64,000 nucleotides of DNA from Laetmonice hystrix. Its lineage: Eukaryota. The DNA is taken from positions 2,418,001 through 2,482,000 of the forward strand of contig OZ249443.1 of the NCBI GenBank assembly GCA_965235115.1. Reading direction: 5' to 3'. The position numbers and the translations under genes were made by a program. Positions 63,601 to 64,000 of the stretch are shown here, in pieces; the first letter of the stretch is position 1; each line of letters starts with the position of its first letter. The notes beneath the pieces were generated by a model, which saw only the letters and a program-made list of their open reading frames with translations, searched no databases and had not been told where the DNA came from.

Positions 63601-63912
63601 TAGAGGTCTATTCAGTCCACCCATTGTTTGATAGAGACACGGATCATGGCTCATTGGTTACCAGGACCACCACCACAGGACGATAAGTGGTAGACACGTA
63701 CTTCGCTCTTTGTCATCGTCATATTTTATTATGGTGGACTGTTTCATATTTTGAAAGGTTTTGGGTGTTACTAAAAGTCCTAGATGTGTTAACCCATCAA
63801 CCCCTGATCTAGGCCCCGCTCTAACCGATCTGACGGTTTCAGAGAGAGGCTGAGAGACGCCAAGCAGCACACCAACAGTTCGCAGCTCTCGAGGAGAGAG
63901 AGCGAGAACTCG
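36641..63912 (+). CDS. CNTRL: Centriolin (LRR N-terminus plus long coiled coil); 3' end beyond the window
   Basis: Exons: 36641-36659, 36867-36997, 37402-37569, 37701-37805, 38016-38202, 38797-38990, 39141-39269, 39464-39677, 39843-40009, 40134-40271, 40428-40581, 40708-40928, 43448-43636, 44592-44726, 45396-45530, 45755-45883, 46041-46130, 46295-46372, 48684-48935, 50199-50288, 50551-50698, 51857-51964, 52257-52396, 52624-52789, 52922-53119, 53288-53419, 53614-53723, 54036-54101, 54225-54311, 54463-54620, 54780-54990, 55336-55607, 55772-55898, 56173-56337, 56476-56562, 56815-56991, 59152-59369, 59597-59754, 59850-59923; tentative 63635-63689 and 63813-63912. Centriolin-like motifs GVRYISEELI..LNLTLSKEGGKKIK, HIPIWLAKKLKSL, YELEQELAFYKID, CNIPEHHDL, EIDCLEDTLARRRAEL. 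The start codon and last exons are less certain. Confidence 0.93.
38442..38798 (+). repeat. 69-bp array (5 copies) ending at a CNTRL acceptor
   Basis: tgtacAG ends at 38452, 38520, 38589, 38658 and 38727, then at the real acceptor 38796. Confidence 0.95.
40248..40375 (+). repeat. 49-bp array (2.6 copies) spanning a CNTRL donor
   Basis: Last 24 nt of the exon plus gtaag; donors at 40272, 40321 and 40370. Confidence 0.95.
41073..43455 (+). repeat. 39/48-bp array (~54 copies) spanning a CNTRL acceptor
   Basis: Unit aggactcgggtaaccgtcgccccctgttattgttgtac(ag)CACCTGGC. The last copy supplies the real acceptor at 43447. Confidence 0.95.
43616..44363 (+). repeat. 88-94-bp array (~8 copies) spanning a CNTRL donor
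   Basis: GAGAAACAGGCTCAG|gta at 43637 (real), 43725, 43903, 43997, 44091, 44185 and 44273. Confidence 0.95.
44768..45397 (+). repeat. 67-bp array (~9 copies) ending at a CNTRL acceptor
   Basis: Unit ...aataatgattttatgacag|GG. The real acceptor is 45395. Confidence 0.95.
46467..47936. mobile_element. 1470-bp non-autonomous TIR element with a 6-bp TSD in a CNTRL intron
   Basis: Perfect 13-bp TIR CAGGGATGAAAGT. TTCAAG at 46461-46466 and 47937-47942. Subterminal tcaggaaatt repeats; no recognisable transposase. Confidence 0.85.
49752..50069. mobile_element. 318-bp MITE, AGACCCCTTGCA TIRs, AT (or TA) TSD
   Basis: 12-bp perfect TIR. tgacgtca palindromes near both ends. Internal tRNA B-box-like segment (reverse of ggaatcgaacc near 49940). 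Confidence 0.8.
50709..51145 (+). repeat. ~52-bp array (~8 copies) from just after a CNTRL donor to an acceptor-like site
   Basis: Unit gttagtttttgtagtcacagattggttgggg(a)g(g)tcata(g/a)tgtttgtgaac. It terminates at ctgacag|ATTGGTTG (51137). Confidence 0.9.
51673..51852 (+). repeat. 60-bp array (3 copies) abutting a CNTRL acceptor
   Basis: The last copy ends 4 nt before the acceptor (acag| at 51856). Confidence 0.95.
53745..54010 (+). repeat. 24-bp array (~11 copies) filling a CNTRL intron
   Basis: Unit tgccatctgtaacatcctagactg. It shares ATCTGTAACATCC with the upstream exon (53694-53706). Confidence 0.93.
56962..58577 (+). repeat. 86-bp array (~19 copies) spanning a CNTRL donor
   Basis: ...GGGACCGAG|gtaacc at 56992 (real), 57078, 57164 ... 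58536. Confidence 0.96.
58788..58956. mobile_element. 169-bp almost fully palindromic MITE, CTG TSD
   Basis: CTG-ggcccggtt...aaccgggcc-CTG, with arms of ~75 bp. A CWG TSD points to a PIF/Harbinger-related group (inference). Confidence 0.88.
58997..59169 (+). repeat. 52-bp array (3.3 copies) spanning a CNTRL acceptor
   Basis: cacag|AC(A/G)GT(G/A)GCCGAACTGAAG recurs with period 52. The real acceptor is 59151. Confidence 0.95.
60080..60237. mobile_element. 158-bp MITE with AT TSD and telomere-like (ttaggg/ataggg) interior
   Basis: Imperfect ~30-bp TIR (ggtaacttc..tccacgaaa / tttcgtggagttgaagttgct). AT at 60078-60079 and 60238-60239. Confidence 0.6.
60461..63631 (+). repeat. 66-bp array (48 copies), highly homogeneous, ending 3 nt before an acceptor-like TAG
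   Basis: cctcacacacctatagaggcacaccctggcccacatagaggtctattcagtccacccattgtttga; 3171 bp / 66 = 48. Followed by tag|AGACACGG at 63634. Confidence 0.96.
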
Positions 63913-64000
63913 GTACGTAAAGATCCCCGGATTACCAGACGAGTTGGTAAACAATCCTGAAATGTAGCAGAAATCTAGCGGAAACCTTTCTCGTTTATTA

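Noticed and set aside
60461-63631. Long regular arrays (also 56962, 41073, 28155) as CRISPR arrays
   Set aside because: The units are contiguous with no unique spacers, there are no cas genes, and the context is eukaryotic intronic or intergenic DNA.

Overview
Invertebrate animal genomic DNA, probably lophotrochozoan (inferred from spliceosomal genes, MITE types and a zinc-finger N-terminal domain; not certain). (1) 1.3-8.1 kb is a three-level transposon nest. A ~290-bp CAG-terminal MITE is split by a full-length Ngaro-type tyrosine-recombinase (YR) retrotransposon on the minus strand (gag, RT/RNase H, YR; split direct repeats A1...B1-A2-B2). Its YR gene is in turn split by a 948-bp TIR element with an AT target duplication. 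The element shows a canonical -1 frameshift signal at the gag/pol junction and a phase-matched splice donor/acceptor pair that would fuse Gag to YR. (2) Two head-to-head gene pairs: a six-finger C2H2 gene (-) with an AGPAT1/2-type acyltransferase (+), and UBL5 (-) with centriolin/CNTRL (+, running off the window). UBL5 is missed by the ORF track and has two U12-type introns. (3) A 5'-truncated CR1/L2-group LINE with an open RT frame lies at 30.0-32.9 kb. (4) Eleven unrelated intronic minisatellites occur in CNTRL. Almost all are built from, or end exactly at, an exon-intron junction, creating runs of decoy splice sites. Coordinates and counts were read by eye; no databases were searched.
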